Shown here: in pieces, positions 10,367-21,600 of the stretch
Position numbering within the stretch: position 1 is the stretch's first letter
Layout of the letters: each line of letters begins with the position of its first letter
Virus record (IMG/VR): IMGVR_UViG_3300044513_001921
Coordinates: 1-38,295 of that record
Origin: a virus
Lineage: Duplodnaviria > Caudoviricetes
Reading direction: 5' to 3' (one strand)
Length of the DNA stretch: 38,295 nt
Notes under the pieces: generated by a model
What the model saw: only the letters and a program-made list of their open reading frames with translations
The model's database searches: none
What the model was told of the DNA's origin: nothing
Made by a program: the position numbers and the translations under genes

Positions 10367-13300
10367 ATGCCTCAGAAGACTAACCTCAATGTAAATCCTT
10401 ATTACGAGGACTTTGACGCGAGTAAGAATTTTTATAAGATTCTATTCCGTCCTGGTTACTCTATCCAGGGTAGGGAATTAACTCAAGTTCAATCCATTCT
10501 TCAAAACCAAATTGAGAGTTTTGGTAGATATGCTTTTAAGCAGGGAGAACAAGTAATTCCTGGTGAGGTAGGTCTTAATACAAAATTAGATTATGTAAAG
10601 TTATCTTCAGTATCAGAAGTTGCTGTTTCTGATGGCACCGATATTGTATACAAGAAATATGATATCAGTCAGTTAGTTGGTCAGCAACTAGTTGGTCTTA
10701 CTTCTGGGGTCATTGGAACAGTTCTAGCTACAAGATTGGCAACAGAAAGTTCTGCTGATACTGTTTTTGTTAGTTATATTAATAGTGGCAACTCCAATAC
10801 AGAACCAACATTCCGTCAAGGTGAAACTCTAGAAGTTGTTGATGGTGTCAATACCCCACTTTTGGTTGTTGGAACTGATGGTAGCGTTCTTCCTACTAGC
10901 ATTCAGGTCACAAACCCAGACACTGGAGAGGTAACATCCCTCGAAAGTCCAGCAATGGGTTATGGATCTGCTGTTAAAGTTCAGGAAGGTATCTATTTTA
11001 TTAATGGATATTTTGTCCGTAATGACGAACAGCTTTTAGTTATTGAAGAATATTATGACAAACCATCCGCAAAAGTAGGATTTACAATTAAAGAAGAAAT
11101 TGTAACCCCAGAAGAGGATGCATCTTTATATGATAATGCAATTGGTTCATCCAACTACACTGCACCTGGAGCACACAGACTTAAAATTAGTCTAGAGATC
11201 AAAGAGTTTGCTCTTAATGCAATCACAGATAAGAATTTCATTCAGCTTCTCACAGTTAAGAGAGGAGTTGTACAAAGAAAAATTTCACCTACCGATTTTA
11301 GTGTTCTTGAGCAAACGTTAGCAAGAAGAACATTTGATGAGAGTGGAGATTATGTAGTAGATAACTTTGATATTGATATTAGAGAATGGGCACAAAAAGA
11401 CAGAAACAAAGGTCTTTATGCTGCCGATGAATTTGGTCTATACAATGGATATACTGCTGGGGAAGCTTCCAGAAAAATGGTTGCTAGCATTGGTCCTGGT
11501 AAAGCATATATTAAAGGATATGAGATTGTCAACAAAGAGACTAAGTATCTTGAGATCAACAAAGCAAGAGAAAGTCTAACTAGTGATAATGTAACGCTGA
11601 AGACAAAAGGACTTCCATCTCTTACTGTAACGAATGTTTTTGGAAGTGTACCTCTCAACAAAGAGGGATCAGATCTTACTGCATATCCAGATGTTTTTCT
11701 GTATGGAACTTTTGGTGATGGATCTGTAGGTTTGAATGGAACTGAGGCAGTAACGGATCATAGACAAACTATTGCTAGAAGAGGTCTTTCTTTTACTGCT
11801 AATGATGCTATCAAAACTATTACCATTGATGTCTTAGGTCTAAATGGTCAACCTGCTCTGGGTGCTATTACAGATGCAACTTTCCAAACCGACTACAGTA
11901 CCATTTACTTTATCAAATCTAGAAGTGAAACTGGCACAGCAACATCTATTGGAACTTTAACTACTCTAGCATTTGCTACTATCAATAGACCAGGAATTAA
12001 TCCAAACGAGAATAAGCAGTTTTTAGAGCTTACCGTTTTTGGAAATAAAGCAGAACTAGAAAATCTCCTCTTAGAGTATGATGAGGGAGACAATGAAAAG
12101 AAAAGGAAGCTATTCCTTTCAAATGGAGATGCTCAATCAAATACTGACTATTGGGGAGAAGTTGTAGATTATCGTTCTAGCATTACTCCAGTAATTGGTA
12201 AGGTAAAACCAAGCAATTTCTTCCTCAAACAAAGAGGAGCTGGTTTCAACTCAGATTCTGACATTGTTCTTTCAAAAGGACGTTTAAGTGGCGGAACAGA
12301 AAGTTATAACAGCGTTTTTAGTTTCTCATATTTCGATCCTCAGTTCTTTACTAGAATTCTATTAGAAACTGTACCTGCTGGATTTGATGAAGGTAAGTAT
12401 GTATTTGGTCTAGAAAGTGGCGCTTATGGTGTTGTAGAAGGACCAGCTTCTGGTGTTTATACAACCGATAGACTTTTGTTTATTAAAACTCTATCTGGAA
12501 CCTTTAAGTCTGGAGAGACGATTAGAGATGAGGATTCTAATACAGTAAGAATTGCAAAAGACAACACTATTTCCCATTTTGTTGTCATTGAGAGAGGATC
12601 TGGTTATTCTGCTGGGGCAGAAATTCTCTTGAATGGTGTTACTTATGATTCATCTAAACTCGAACCAACTGTCTACGGTGGTAAGGTTTATAAAGTTGCA
12701 ATCAACAATCAAGCGTTTTTGAGAAGTCTTGAGTTCTCACAACCACCAGAAATTATTGTCACTGGATCTACAGATAGTGCAGGCGCAGCAGAAGTTCGTG
12801 CAGTCCTTGTTAGAAATGCTGTAACTACATATACTCCACAAAATGTAAAATCTATTGGTGGATCTTATGGTTCTGGTGGAACTAATAAATTTACTGCAGA
12901 TCTCGTAGTTGATAACCAAACATATTCAAATATCACTGCAGTTACTGACTATACATTCTTTGGTAAGAAAGGAACTTTATTTGTAGAATCTACAAGTTTT
13001 AGTGCGGATGCTGCTAGTGTTGTTCAGCAGGGTGATCTAATTCAATTCTCCGATGCAGACAATAATCTAGTTCGTGCAATTGTCCAGTATGCAACGAAAG
13101 CAGAGGGTTCTGCTAAGACAAGAATTTATTTAGATACAGCACTTCCTGGTGACGTTACTAATACAAGTATTGTCCGTCTCAGACCAAGACCAGAGAATAC
13201 TAGTGGTGGAACACTACTATTCCCAACTGGCAGTAAGCAAGTAGAGCAAATTTCTGCAGGTGGAGATGACACAAAGATCAAGTATTACTTCCGTAGAGAT

Positions 13301-16300
13301 TTTGTAACAACCGCTGCTTCTGGTGATGGTATCATCACGTTTGCTGCACAACTTCCATTCGGCACACAAAGATTTGCAGCATTTACAGAGGAAAATTATA
13401 TTATCACCGTTTTAAATCCTGGTGATGCTCCAGATATTTCTGTTGGTGATATTGTTTATATTCCAGCAGATGCTGTTGAGATTTCATCTTCTACTGATAC
13501 TGCTAGTGGTTTAACTTCTGGTAGTATTAATTTGAAAATTCCTTCTGGATATTTTGGTACTATTCCTTCTAACGGAACATTCCCCAAACTTAAGTTAACG
13601 GCAACTCTAGAAGTATCTAACGCAAAACCAAGACTTAAGACTGCTGTAAGAAATAAGAGAATTATTGTCACTGCTTCTGGTGATAGAGTTATTCCATTAA
13701 GAGGAAATGACTACGATAGTGAGGTAATTGATAAAATTTCATATTCAGACGTATTCAAACTACGTTATGTTTATGAAGGTACACCATCGCAGCCACCAGA
13801 AGTAGATACCGCTGGCAATCTCGTAACTGGTGTAGATGTTACAGACAGATATACCTTTGATGATGGACAAAGAGATACAGTTTATGATGTTTCAAGACTT
13901 GTTCTAAAACCAGGATTTGAAGCATCTGTAGGTCAACTTGTAATCGCATTTGATTACTTTGTTCATTCCCAAGGAGATTTTGTTACCATTGACAGTTACC
14001 TACATGAAGCTGGAGTTCCAGAAGATGAAATCCCATCCTTTAACTCTCCTGTTCTTGGTAATGTAGAACTCAAGAATGTAATTGACTTCAGACCTAAAGT
14101 TGATAGTAATGCTATTATCCCTGGTTTCCTAGACAAATCAATTTTAGAAGTTACCGAAGGTTCATTCTCTGGTTCAGGTGCTGTCATTTCAAGCACTCCA
14201 GCACCTGATGCTGGAATTGAATATACATTCTCATTCAGTCAAATTCAGTATCTTGATAGAATTGATGGAGTTTTCCTCAACAAGAAAGGTGAATTTATTG
14301 TCAAAGAAGGAAATTCTTCATTAAATCCATCAAAACCAGATCCTATTGATGACGCAGTTCCTTTGTTCTATGCGTATATTCCTGCATATACTAAGACAAG
14401 CAAGGATGTAAGAATTACTCCAGTTGATAATCGTCGCTATACAATGCGCGATATTGGTAAGTTGGAGAAGCGCATTGAGCGTCTTGAGTATTACACTACT
14501 CTTAGCATCCTTGAGCAGCAAGCTCTTAACATGCAAGTCAAGGATGAAGTTGGTCTAGACAGATTTAAGTCTGGTTTCTTTGTTGATAACTTCGAAGCAC
14601 ATAAAGTTGGAAATCTAACTTCTCTCGATTATGCATGTGCTATCGATCCTCAACAATCAGTTCTACGTCCTCAATCAAAAGAAGATTCAATTAAACTAGT
14701 AGAAGTAAATGTAAGAGAAGATCAAAGATCTGTTTCTGGATATAAGAAGACAGGTCAGATGATCACTCTTCCATACACCAACTTATCTCTGCTTGGAAAT
14801 TCTTCTGCATCAACAACAATCAATCCAAATCCATTCGTTGTTCTGCAGTATGTTGGTGATGGTGAACTATCTCCATCTATCGATCAATGGTATGATCAAA
14901 CAGAAGAACCATTGGTAGTTGACACAAACACAAGTCTGTTCAATATTTTCTTAGCAAAAGAAGATATTAAAGAATCATTCTCAAGTATTCATAATTCCTT
15001 TATTGTCAACTGGGTGGGTTCTTCCCCATCATTTACTTCAATCAATTCACTTGGAGAAGTAAATACTCAACAGGCATCTACAAAAGTTCAATCTGCTTCT
15101 GTTTCCAGTTCTTCAAATATCAGTCCACAGAATAATGATATTGGAAAGGGAGTACAGACAAAGACGGTAAGAGGAAATCTTGTTTCTAATTCTCTATCTT
15201 TCTTCGCTAGAAGCATACCAGTTAAGTATGTAATTAGAAGAATGAAACCAAACACAAGGATGTATCCATTCCTTGAAGGTAGAAACATTGGTCGTTGGGT
15301 AAATCCAGATTTGAGATTTACTGGAATTGCTGGAAACTCTCTGTCTGCATTCAACGGTCCTATTACAACGGACGAATATGGTAATGCATCTGGTCTTATC
15401 ATTCTTCCTGCTGGTTATCCACCACTAGAAAATGCTACGTGGTCTGGAAGTATTGATACTGTATCATATGACACTAGTGCTGAAGAAGTTTCTATTACTT
15501 CAGGAACTTTGACATTTAGATTTACTTCTAGCTCCACAAATGCACCTAAAGATGAAGTAGATAGTTACACAGAAATCAAGTATTATGCAACTGGTATTCT
15601 TCCAGAAAACCCTGGAACTATCGTATCTACCAGACCTTCATACTTCAAGTCTAATGAAGGTGTTCAATTAATTGAAAGCAACACCGATAATCCAGTAAGA
15701 CCTAACCCACTAGCACAAACCTTTAAGGTAGAAAATCTAGAGGGTGGATGTTTTGTAACTAGTGTTGATCTTTACTTTAGCAAGAAGAGTAGCAACATTC
15801 CAATCAAGACATACATTACTAATGTAGATTCAGAAAAACCAGGAAAAAATGTTATTCCTGGCACAGAGAAAGTTCTATCTCCAAATACATTCCTTAAGTG
15901 CTATACAAATGGCGATGTCTCTGTATATAAAGGAGAGAATGTAACTGGAGTAAGTTCTGCTGCTTCTGGTCCTATTCTAAAAATCTTCGATAAGAATAAT
16001 GTTGAGTTAGTTGCCACATCTTCTGGTAGATACAGCTTGACCAACGAGCAGGTTTATACTTTTGTTCTTAGCAATCACAACGGCAAGTCATTTGTTCAAA
16101 ATGAAGATTTGACTATTCCATCTGTAACTCTAGCAAATGCAACTGGCGGATCTACATCCAAAGTTACTATTGCAAAAGATAGCGGAAAAGTATCAAAAGT
16201 AAGAGTTACCAATCCTGGTCAAAATTATGATAGTGCTATTTTGACTATCGAAAGTCCACAACTTCCTGGAGGATCTACTGCTACCGCTTCAATTGGAGTA

Positions 16301-18451
16301 TCTGGTGGTAGAATTTACAATGCAGAGGTTGCTCTTTCTGGTTTTGGATATACAGAAGCACCATCAGTCGTCGTCAAAGGCGTCGGAAATGGCGCTGGAG
16401 GATGCGAAATTCAAACTTACATTGAGATAGATACCCCAGCAGTTAGAATGGGCGTAGCGGTCGATAGCGAGGGAGTTACGAATTCTACAACTCCTACAAA
16501 TTTTGCATTCGAATATCCCGTTTATCTACAAAATGATACCGAATATGCTCTTGTAGTAGAGACAGATTCTACAGATTATGCTATCTGGTCATCTAAACTT
16601 GGATCAACCGACATTGCTACTAGCACTGTTATTACAACTCAACCTTCTCTTGGTTCAGTATTTAAGTCGCAGAACACTGAGAGTTGGACAGAGGATATCT
16701 TTGAAGATCTTAAGTTCACTCTATATCGTGCAGAGTTTGATATTAGCAGACCAGCTGAGTTGATCGTTAAAAATGACAACTTAGGATATGAACTTTTGAA
16801 TTCCAATCCATTCGAAACTAACTCATCCTCAAGCACAAACGCAACTGCTAAATTGTTTAAAAACAATAACGCTATTGTCAAGGTTTCTCACAGAGACCAT
16901 GGTTTCGAACAAAGTGGAAAATCTTATGTTTTCTACAGATCAGCGAAAGAAACAGGAGGAGTTACTGCCGATGTCTTGAATAGCACATTATTTAAAATTT
17001 CTAATAGTGGAATTGATACTTATAATATTACGTCAAGTGCAAAAGCATCCAGCAATTCTTTCGGTGGTGGATCAAATGTCTATGCTACGCACAATAGAAA
17101 ATTTGAAACTCTATATCCACAGATTGGATATCTATCATTTACTGGAACAAAACTTGAGAATTACGTAAAGACAACTAATGTAGTTCCCGTAGATTCTTCA
17201 ACCACAAACTATACATCTTATTCTCAAACTGACTATGAAAGAACTTTCTTAAATGAACCACAATATTTCACAAATCAAAAACTTATTGCTTCCGAGATTA
17301 ACGAAACTCTCAACAGCATTCAAAGTTCTTTGAATTACAAGATGGTTCTTTCTTCTACAGTATCTCACCTTTCTCCGATTATTGATCTTTCCAGTGCTTC
17401 TGTGAAGACATCTTCAAGTAGAGTTGAAAATGCATCTGGACAAGAGAATAGATTTGGTAGAAAAGATCAAATTATTAAGTTCTATCCAGTCTATCAATTC
17501 CAACTTGCTGGAAATGGTGGAACTGAAATTGTAGAAGGTCAGACAATCAAAGGAGCAACAACAAAAGCTTCTGGAACTATTGCTAGAGTAAATGGCGCTG
17601 TAGTTTATGTTCGTGTCAAGACTGCCCAATTCTTCCAAAAGGGAGAAGGTGTCGCTCTTGGTTCTCAAGAAAGTTTGACAAACGTAACTGTTGATTCTAA
17701 CCCAGTTGAGTTGTTCTTCGACATTGCAGATGCTGCGACTATTACAGCAAGAAATCCAGCAGTGATTTTAGAATCTTATGATAATAAGATCACAGGAAAA
17801 ACTGTTATCTGGAATAATAAAACACAGGAACTTATTCTCAGAAATGATGTACAACCAATTAATGATGACTTTACTGGAAAAATTACCGACAATGATGATT
17901 TTGCAAGAAATGCTCTTACACAGGAGCAAACATCCGATATCTTCCGTGTGGGTGATTTTGTTAAGTATCCAACACAACCAGAAGAAGAAGCATCATATCT
18001 AGAGATTGGTCAGATTACATATTCTAACGGTATTGATTTTGTCTCTGAAGATTTGTCTAAGAATGGTTCTTCAGTTGCTAAGTATGTAACTAAGGAAATT
18101 GCTATTGGCAATCCTGGATCATCTATTGATGTAAGACTAACTGCCAATGTAAAAGACATCTCTAATATTAGAGTTCTTTACAGATTTAAAAAGGCATCAA
18201 GTCAAGAAAACTTCGAAGATATCGATTGGGAATACTTCAATGTTGATGGTAATCCAGATACAGTTGAAATTGCAACTAGCGAAAATAGCATTTCTGGAAT
18301 TGTTGAGAAGCAATCTTCATATCAAGAACTTAAGTATAGTGTCGCAGATCTACCAGAGTTTTCTTCATTCGCAATCAAGATTGTAATGAAGACTGTAGAT
18401 CCTTCATATGTACCAAAAGTTCAAGATATTCGTGCTGTTGCTTCTTTCTAA
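10367..18451 (+). CDS. Giant virion structural protein, VrlC-like / DUF4815 family
   Basis: N-terminus MPQKTNLNVNPYYEDFD..KNFYKILFRPG..IQGRELTQ.QSILQNQI, plus APGAHRLKI, LARRTFDESGDY, RRYTMRDIGKLEKRIERLEYYTTLS and PLAQTF, are recognisable motifs of this family. It occupies the usual position after gp8 in cyanomyoviruses. Confidence 0.85.
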   Translation: MPQKTNLNVNPYYEDFDASKNFYKILFRPGYSIQGRELTQVQSILQNQIESFGRYAFKQGEQVIPGEVGLNTKLDYVKLSSVSEVAVSDGTDIVYKKYDISQLVGQQLVGLTSGVIGTVLATRLATESSADTVFVSYINSGNSNTEPTFRQGETLEVVDGVNTPLLVVGTDGSVLPTSIQVTNPDTGEVTSLESPAMGYGSAVKVQEGIYFINGYFVRNDEQLLVIEEYYDKPSAKVGFTIKEEIVTPEEDASLYDNAIGSSNYTAPGAHRLKISLEIKEFALNAITDKNFIQLLTVKRGVVQRKISPTDFSVLEQTLARRTFDESGDYVVDNFDIDIREWAQKDRNKGLYAADEFGLYNGYTAGEASRKMVASIGPGKAYIKGYEIVNKETKYLEINKARESLTSDNVTLKTKGLPSLTVTNVFGSVPLNKEGSDLTAYPDVFLYGTFGDGSVGLNGTEAVTDHRQTIARRGLSFTANDAIKTITIDVLGLNGQPALGAITDATFQTDYSTIYFIKSRSETGTATSIGTLTTLAFATINRPGINPNENKQFLELTVFGNKAELENLLLEYDEGDNEKKRKLFLSNGDAQSNTDYWGEVVDYRSSITPVIGKVKPSNFFLKQRGAGFNSDSDIVLSKGRLSGGTESYNSVFSFSYFDPQFFTRILLETVPAGFDEGKYVFGLESGAYGVVEGPASGVYTTDRLLFIKTLSGTFKSGETIRDEDSNTVRIAKDNTISHFVVIERGSGYSAGAEILLNGVTYDSSKLEPTVYGGKVYKVAINNQAFLRSLEFSQPPEIIVTGSTDSAGAAEVRAVLVRNAVTTYTPQNVKSIGGSYGSGGTNKFTADLVVDNQTYSNITAVTDYTFFGKKGTLFVESTSFSADAASVVQQGDLIQFSDADNNLVRAIVQYATKAEGSAKTRIYLDTALPGDVTNTSIVRLRPRPENTSGGTLLFPTGSKQVEQISAGGDDTKIKYYFRRDFVTTAASGDGIITFAAQLPFGTQRFAAFTEENYIITVLNPGDAPDISVGDIVYIPADAVEISSSTDTASGLTSGSINLKIPSGYFGTIPSNGTFPKLKLTATLEVSNAKPRLKTAVRNKRIIVTASGDRVIPLRGNDYDSEVIDKISYSDVFKLRYVYEGTPSQPPEVDTAGNLVTGVDVTDRYTFDDGQRDTVYDVSRLVLKPGFEASVGQLVIAFDYFVHSQGDFVTIDSYLHEAGVPEDEIPSFNSPVLGNVELKNVIDFRPKVDSNAIIPGFLDKSILEVTEGSFSGSGAVISSTPAPDAGIEYTFSFSQIQYLDRIDGVFLNKKGEFIVKEGNSSLNPSKPDPIDDAVPLFYAYIPAYTKTSKDVRITPVDNRRYTMRDIGKLEKRIERLEYYTTLSILEQQALNMQVKDEVGLDRFKSGFFVDNFEAHKVGNLTSLDYACAIDPQQSVLRPQSKEDSIKLVEVNVREDQRSVSGYKKTGQMITLPYTNLSLLGNSSASTTINPNPFVVLQYVGDGELSPSIDQWYDQTEEPLVVDTNTSLFNIFLAKEDIKESFSSIHNSFIVNWVGSSPSFTSINSLGEVNTQQASTKVQSASVSSSSNISPQNNDIGKGVQTKTVRGNLVSNSLSFFARSIPVKYVIRRMKPNTRMYPFLEGRNIGRWVNPDLRFTGIAGNSLSAFNGPITTDEYGNASGLIILPAGYPPLENATWSGSIDTVSYDTSAEEVSITSGTLTFRFTSSSTNAPKDEVDSYTEIKYYATGILPENPGTIVSTRPSYFKSNEGVQLIESNTDNPVRPNPLAQTFKVENLEGGCFVTSVDLYFSKKSSNIPIKTYITNVDSEKPGKNVIPGTEKVLSPNTFLKCYTNGDVSVYKGENVTGVSSAASGPILKIFDKNNVELVATSSGRYSLTNEQVYTFVLSNHNGKSFVQNEDLTIPSVTLANATGGSTSKVTIAKDSGKVSKVRVTNPGQNYDSAILTIESPQLPGGSTATASIGVSGGRIYNAEVALSGFGYTEAPSVVVKGVGNGAGGCEIQTYIEIDTPAVRMGVAVDSEGVTNSTTPTNFAFEYPVYLQNDTEYALVVETDSTDYAIWSSKLGSTDIATSTVITTQPSLGSVFKSQNTESWTEDIFEDLKFTLYRAEFDISRPAELIVKNDNLGYELLNSNPFETNSSSSTNATAKLFKNNNAIVKVSHRDHGFEQSGKSYVFYRSAKETGGVTADVLNSTLFKISNSGIDTYNITSSAKASSNSFGGGSNVYATHNRKFETLYPQIGYLSFTGTKLENYVKTTNVVPVDSSTTNYTSYSQTDYERTFLNEPQYFTNQKLIASEINETLNSIQSSLNYKMVLSSTVSHLSPIIDLSSASVKTSSSRVENASGQENRFGRKDQIIKFYPVYQFQLAGNGGTEIVEGQTIKGATTKASGTIARVNGAVVYVRVKTAQFFQKGEGVALGSQESLTNVTVDSNPVELFFDIADAATITARNPAVILESYDNKITGKTVIWNNKTQELILRNDVQPINDDFTGKITDNDDFARNALTQEQTSDIFRVGDFVKYPTQPEEEASYLEIGQITYSNGIDFVSEDLSKNGSSVAKYVTKEIAIGNPGSSIDVRLTANVKDISNIRVLYRFKKASSQENFEDIDWEYFNVDGNPDTVEIATSENSISGIVEKQSSYQELKYSVADLPEFSSFAIKIVMKTVDPSYVPKVQDIRAVASF

Positions 18452-18460
18452 TTTCCGCAC

Positions 18461-18667
18461 ATGTCTTACATCAAGGTTCTTGGGCATGACGGTCTCGTAA
18501 GAGACGAGAACACAGGTGCTATCATCAATCAGGACGATTCTGCCATTGCTGCAAGACGTAAGTCAAAACAGCTAGGTTCCGCGTTAGAAGACATAAATAT
18601 GTTGAAGAATGAAATCTCTGAAATAAAATCACTACTGAGAGAGTTAATCAAAAATGCCAGCAGTTAA
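18461..18667 (+). CDS. Small conserved cyanophage protein with C-terminal coiled coil
   Basis: 68-aa ORF filling the gap between two large genes, with motif IKVLGHDGLVRDENTGAIIN and heptads LEDINMLKNEISEIKSLLREL. Confidence 0.8.
   Translation: MSYIKVLGHDGLVRDENTGAIINQDDSAIAARRKSKQLGSALEDINMLKNEISEIKSLLRELIKNASS
18592..18599 (+). promoter_or_regulatory. Late promoter CATAAATA, internal to the 68-aa ORF
   Basis: ATAAATA core ~55 nt upstream of the ATG at 18654. Confidence 0.6.
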
Positions 18668-21600
18668 CGTCGCAAGAACCGATACCTTTGAACAGCAAAG
18701 GATCAAGATCAATCAAATTGGTGATCAACTTTTTAATGTTACCTCTGGTGGTAGTGACCTCGCAGCGGGAAATATTAAGCTTGGAGATGGTACACAGACA
18801 GCTCCATCTCTAGCATTCGATAGCGATGCTACGCTTGGTTTCTATAAACCAAGAACAGGAACTATTGGTTATGTTTCTTCATCTAAAAAAATATTTGATA
18901 TTACTTCTTTGGATGTCTTATTTTACAAAGATGTAAATATTAGACAAGAAAAAATTTCAGATACTGGTATTACATTCAATAGTTTTGGTCAAAATTATGA
19001 TACTGGATCTTATGGCGATATTCTTTTAACTGGAGGAACTGGTTCTGGAGCTATTGCCAATTTCTCAGTAACGGCATTTGATGGAACTTTAGTTACTGGA
19101 TCTGGATATATTGAAGGAGATTATACGAGCATTTTAATGGCTGGGGGAGCTGGAACTGGAGCAGAAGCTGAGTTTTCCGTTCCTGGAATTGAGGGACAGA
19201 TTACTAATGCTGGATCTGGATATGTTCCTGGGTTTTATCAAGATGTTCCACTTACTGGAGGAACTGGTAGCGGAGCAGAAGCTGAAATCACTGTAGTTGG
19301 TGACGTAGTTATAAACGGTAGTATTACAAACGCTGGAAGTGGATACGCAACTGGGTCTTATACTAATGTAACTGTTTTTAATACGCCTGCACAAACTTTT
19401 GTTGTGACGGCAAACGGAACCAGTAATTTTATTATTGATGGCACACCGAGTGCATCAATTACTGTTAATAAAGCAAACAGTTATAGGTTTGATGTTTCCG
19501 ATCCTACAAATGCTGGGCATATTCTTGTCTTTAAACAAACAAATGGAGATTTTATAGGTTCTGAATTTGTAGCTTTATACAGTGGAACTGCTGGAAATGC
19601 TGGTGCTTTTGTAGATCTAATTATTAGTGATGTTGCTCCCACTGGAACATATGAATATGATTGTCAAAATCATCCAGGAATGTCTGGTCAACTTACCGTT
19701 GGCACAGGAACAACAGGTATCTATGGAAGATATGCACTTGTTGATATCGAAGTTGATGCCAGTGGTAATATCACGGATTTAACTTTTGTTAGCACAGGAT
19801 CTAATTATAAAGCTACAGATACATTTACAATTGATCCAAATGCAACTGGAAATGGTTCTGGATTTTTGTATACTGTTTCATCTCTATCATATAATGGAAC
19901 GATTGACAATGTAACGCTAACCGCTAGTGGTTCTGGTTATTCTCCTCAAGATGAGTTATCTGCTAATGATGTAGACCTAGGTGGTGGCGGAGGATCAAAC
20001 TTTACCTTTACAGTTTCAAATTCTCCTGGCATTCCTATAGGATTTAATTTCATAACAAAAGGATCTGGATATCAAGTTGGAGATCAATTAACTCTCCCAA
20101 CTGGTGTTAGTGGATTAACAACTACGGTAACAGCTTCTGTTATAGGACTTGCGACAGTTTTAAGCACTTCTAGCACTCAAATTACTGTTTCATCAACAAC
20201 TGGTATTCTACAAGGAATGCAGGTTTTTGGTGGAGGCACAGATCCAGGACAATTAGCACCAGAGACAACAGTTGCATCAGTAGATGGTCCAACAACCCTC
20301 ACATTGTCTGCTTCTCCAATCTCTGACGGTTCAGCAACTTTAGATTTTCAACCAGCGGGAAATTCTTCAGAAATTACTGTCAGTTCTACAACTGGTATTC
20401 TTGCTGGTTCTTTTGTTACACAAACTGGCGGAACTGGATCAATTCCCGCTGGAACTACAGTATTTTCTGTCGTCGATGAGACAACGTTAATTTTATCCAC
20501 AACTCCAACACAATCAGGATCTCTAACTTTAAGTTTTGCTCCACCTTATGGAACCCCAACAACTCCATTAACTTTTACCATCGACGCTCTTGGAGTTGTT
20601 GATGAATTCATTCTTGCAGATGGTGGTGTTGGATATACTGTTGGTGATATAATTTCAGTTGACCCAACAGATTTGGTTCAACCAAATGTAATTATCGTAA
20701 CTGTCAAAACTTTACAAACTCTAGAATTCCCTGCATCGACTTATGCAGCAGGGACATTTTCTGTCGGTGGATTTGTAAAACAACCAGATGGTCAAGTAAC
20801 ATCTATTTCCCCTTCAAATTCTGGAACAACACTAGCGGGTCAAGAAGATGCAATATATGCTGGCGTTTCTGTTGTTGGTGGCAGTGGTACTGGATTAACT
20901 GTTACTCTTACTAGAGATTCAATCGGAGCATTAAGTAATTGGACTATTGATACATCTGGTACAAATTATGCACAAGGAGATCCAATTACAATTTTAGGAA
21001 CATCTGTTGGCGGTGCAACCCCTGCAGATGACATAGAATTTTTTGTAGACACTGTTACAGAATCTACAGATTTAGAAGTATACAGAATTTCAGAAAGTGG
21101 CGGATTTGTAAATTCTATTTTAGTTGATTCTAGTGGAATTTCTGATGGAGATGTTATTGTAAAAATTGGAAGTGCAACTCAGTACACTGTTGATAGTGCT
21201 AGTGGTATTACATATCGCTATTTCTTTGACGATCAATTAACACCAAATTTAACTTTATATGCTGGAAACTCATATCAGTTTGATGTTAGCGACACTACCA
21301 ACGATGCACATGGACTAGCTTTCTCTGAGTTTAGGGATGGACCAAATCCTCCAAGTGCGATTACAAATTTAACCACAACGTTATCTTCATCAAGTCCACA
21401 AATAACAGTATCAAGTACAGTTGGAATTCTACCTGGAATGTTGGTTGTTGAAGTTTTGAGTGATGGAGGAGCTTTAATCCCAGATACTAGAGTTTTAAGT
21501 GTAGATGACGCCACCACTGTAACTTTAACTAAAACTCCACTTACTTCTGGGGGAATTACAGTATCATTTACTGGTTTTACTTATACAGATGGAGTTTCTT

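Noticed and set aside
19000-19360. Recurring GGAACTGG / GGATCTGGATAT nucleotide repeats as a possible CRISPR-like array
   Set aside because: They are degenerate, in frame and irregularly spaced, and are explained by GGTGSGA/GSGY peptide repeats.
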